Below are positions 61,651-64,000 of a stretch of 64,000 nucleotides of DNA, one piece after another; position 1 is the first letter of the stretch, and every line of letters begins with the position of its first letter. Made by a program: the position numbers and the translations under genes. This DNA is from Podarcis muralis. Its lineage: Eukaryota. Location: contig NC_135669.1 in the NCBI RefSeq assembly GCF_964188315.1, forward strand, positions 3,348,001 to 3,412,000, given 5' to 3'. The notes beneath the pieces are model-generated. The model was not told the origin of the DNA, did not search any database, and worked only from the letters and a program-made list of their open reading frames with translations.

Positions 61651-61738
61651 AAAGGTAAAGGTACCCCTGCCCAAAGGCCAGTCGTGTCCGACTCTAGGGT
61701 TGTGCACTCATCTCACTCTAGAGGCCGGGAGCCAGCGC
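61651..61738 (-). mobile_element. 5'-truncated Sauria SINE
   Basis: aaaggtaaaggtacccctgcc..actctagggttgtgc..gaggccgggagccagcgc; TSD ACCTATTACGGTA at 61638-61650 and 61773-61785. Confidence 0.9.
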
Positions 61739-61818
61739 AATATTGAGGTCCCTGTAATAATATGAATGATGTACCTATTACGGTACATCATTCATATTAT
61801 TACAGGGACCTCAATATT
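61739..61818. repeat. Perfect 37-bp inverted repeat with a 6-nt loop
   Basis: AATATTGAGGTCCCTGTAATAATATGAATGATGTACC-TATTAC-GGTACATCATTCATATTATTACAGGGACCTCAATATT. Confidence 0.97.
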
Positions 61819-62690
61819 CGTGGGACTTCAATGAAAATTAAAATATTTTCTGTCCAGTCTTTCCAGTGGGGATCTCTGCAGATTGGACATTGTATCCACA
61901 CAACTTTGTAAATAAACCCATAAATCTTATTGGATTGCCAGGGTCTGGCAGAAGAGGGAACGAAAGCTCTGTCCTTCATTTAGTATTGTGTTCTTCATTT
62001 TGCAGGTACAGTGCTTGTCAGTGGTGGACCAAGGGTGATCTGATCCACATATTGTAGATTGGCTTTTAGGCCCAAATCTCGAACGTGATGCTGTGTGTGT
62101 GAATTTCAGACTTGTGTGACCTATTTGTTTTGTTTTGCTAGGATCCTCCAATCTACCAGCCGGGAGTAGGTGCAGGAGAGGGGCTCCAGGATGCTCTGGG
62201 GTGCCATGAAAGATGGTCAGGGGTGCTGCAGGCAACACCTGCCTCTGTCCCTCTTTCCTTCCCTCCCTCCTCTGATGCCCTCTCACGTCTCTGCCTCCCA
62301 AAGGCTTGCACAGCGAATGGTGCCTCTGGGGCTGGCCAGGGGGTGCTTCCCAGGCCCCTGTGGGGCAGTGTGAGGAGGCACCTCTCTTTGGAGGGGGGGG
62401 GGGGCAGCTCAGAGACCAAGGACGGCAGCAGCAGTGGGCAGTGTTAGCAGCCGGCCTGGGACTTGTAGCTTGGGCAAGCATTGCATTGCTGCAGTCCGTT
62501 TGAATGAGGCGCTGGCTTCATGGAATGCTGCTTGGCTAAGTTTTTGCTTGCTTGCCCATCATGTTTAATCAGGACTTAGTGTGTCTTCTGCATGTTTAAG
62601 AGGTTGCACAGGACCACTGAAAGACCGCAGGGTGAAATGCTCTTATTCCTTCTCTGTCGCAGGTTGCACGTGGCCTTCTGAAATGACATA

Positions 62691-63021
62691 CCATACTTTT
62701 CCGTGTATAAGACCATGGTTTTTTATTCCAAAAACATGTTCAAAATTTGAGGTCGTCTTATACATGGGTAGTGCATTGTGGGGCCGTGGGATTGGTTGCT
62801 GCTGTGGGTTGGAGATTGTTATTGGTGGCTGCTGCAAGAGCTGATGTTGATTGGCTGTTGCTGCGGCAATTGGGCGGGTGATTTGCTGCTTTTTTCGGCA
62901 ATGGGACAGAGGATAGTTTGCTTTGTTGACACGCATGAGCGGCATTGTCTACCCCCCCTCCCCATTTTCTTAATTTTGAGTCCCCCAAAATAGGGGGCGT
63001 GTTATATACAGAAAAGTATGG
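62691..63021. mobile_element. Tc1/mariner (pogo/Tc2-like) MITE
   Basis: TIR CCATACTTTTCCGTGTATAAGAC / GTGTTATATACAGAAAAGTATGG with TA flanks. Confidence 0.78.
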
Positions 63022-63433
63022 TAACTGGGGGAGGTTTGGTTCTCTTCCCGTTTCTGCTCTCCTGCTTCCAGCAAAATTGGCTTTATGATGATTAAGTAGC
63101 TAAAGAGGAGCTTTTGCATCCCTCCCTGGCTGCGCTGCTCTAATCCAGCAGGCAGTTATTCAAAAGTGTGCTTTGGCATGCTTTTCCAGAGTGTGTTGCC
63201 AGAGCTTGGCAGAATTAAGTGTACACAAAGTTGCTCCGCATGGCTTACGAGCACTTCCTGTTTTTTTGGATGAAAAACGGCTCTGCTTATCTTATGCGAT
63301 GTGTAGCAGGAGAGCCAGTGGTGTGAATCAAGGCCTTCTATTGGCTCTAGTTTTTGAAAAATCTCTTTTTGAAATCTAAAACTAAACCTCCCTAAAATGA
63401 GAGGATGACAACTTTCAGACTGAGTTTCTAGGA

Positions 63434-63639
63434 CAGAGCTTTCCAAACTGTGTGTCGCGATACTTTAGTGTGTCAGCTGCAGTGTGTAGGTGCGTCACAC
63501 GAAAACTCCCTGTGCTCCTCCTGGGGCTGGAAAGGGAGCGGGCAGCCTGCCGGGTAGCTAGTAAAACTAAATTAGTGTGTTGTGAAATGATGCATGTCTA
63601 AAAAGTGTGTCACCAACATGAAAAGTTGGGAAAACTCTG
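63434..63639. mobile_element. hAT-type MITE
   Basis: TIR CAGAGCTTTCCAAACT / AGTTGGGAAAACTCTG; TSD TTCTAGGA / TTTTAGGA. Confidence 0.75.
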
Positions 63640-64000
63640 TTTTAGGAACTTTTAATTGGGGGATGAGGAACACTGTGCCCCTCCAGATTGGGCTGCAATT
63701 CTCATTATTTCTGACCATCTGGAGGGCCCAACACTGTGGAAGATAGCCCAAAGGGGGCACAGTCTCCCATTTCATCCCTGGTTTGGTGTAGTGGGTCAGA
63801 GACTAAGTTGTTGCCACATCCACACCAGCCATTTAAAGCAGCATAATACTCATACATCTATGCTTCCCCAAAAGCATCCTGGGTACTATAGTTGGTTAAG
63901 GGTGCTGAGAGTCATTAGAAGACCCCTATTCCCTTCACATGTGGAGTGGTTCAAAAATCCATGTTCTGCTGTGAACATGCTGGGCAAACCTTGCTCCTCC

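Noticed and set aside
2935-61738. tRNA-like A/B boxes in SINE heads counted as tRNA genes
   Set aside because: No complete cloverleaf; they continue into SINE bodies with tails and TSDs.
54115-64000. SLC25A37 exon 2, and acceptor-like sites near 62007 and 62662
   Set aside because: No TRMQ-type mitoferrin sequence follows any acceptor; exon 2 is presumably beyond the window.

Overview
Eukaryotic (vertebrate) genomic DNA, inferred to be from a lacertid-type lizard because of the many Sauria SINEs plus squamate-type CR1, L2, L1, BovB and MITE repeats. Minus strand: a complete ENTPD4 coding sequence in 12 exons (7472-27075; the lengths sum to 1833 nt = 610 aa + stop, and all splice phases are consistent), including one GC-AG intron and a tandem 5' donor pair 24 nt apart. 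Its promoter is in a CpG island at about 29400-30400, and a tRNA-Cys(GCA) gene sits at the island edge (30442-30513, minus). Plus strand: CpG island and first coding exon of SLC25A37/mitoferrin-1 (53893-54114); I found no exon 2 in the window. The rest is transposon-rich intron and intergenic DNA. There are no prokaryotic features or CRISPR arrays, and I cannot support a wholly new gene system. The most unusual structures are a perfect 37-bp hairpin apparently made during a SINE insertion (61638-61818), a palindromic 173-bp minisatellite inside a mariner-type element (23649-25276), a tRNA-Cys with an A1:C72 mismatch and nearby tRNA-like scraps, and a young Rex1/Babar LINE with an open RT frame. 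Repeat family names and human protein comparisons come from recalled consensus sequences, not from database searches. Repeat boundaries without a stated TSD or TIR are approximate.
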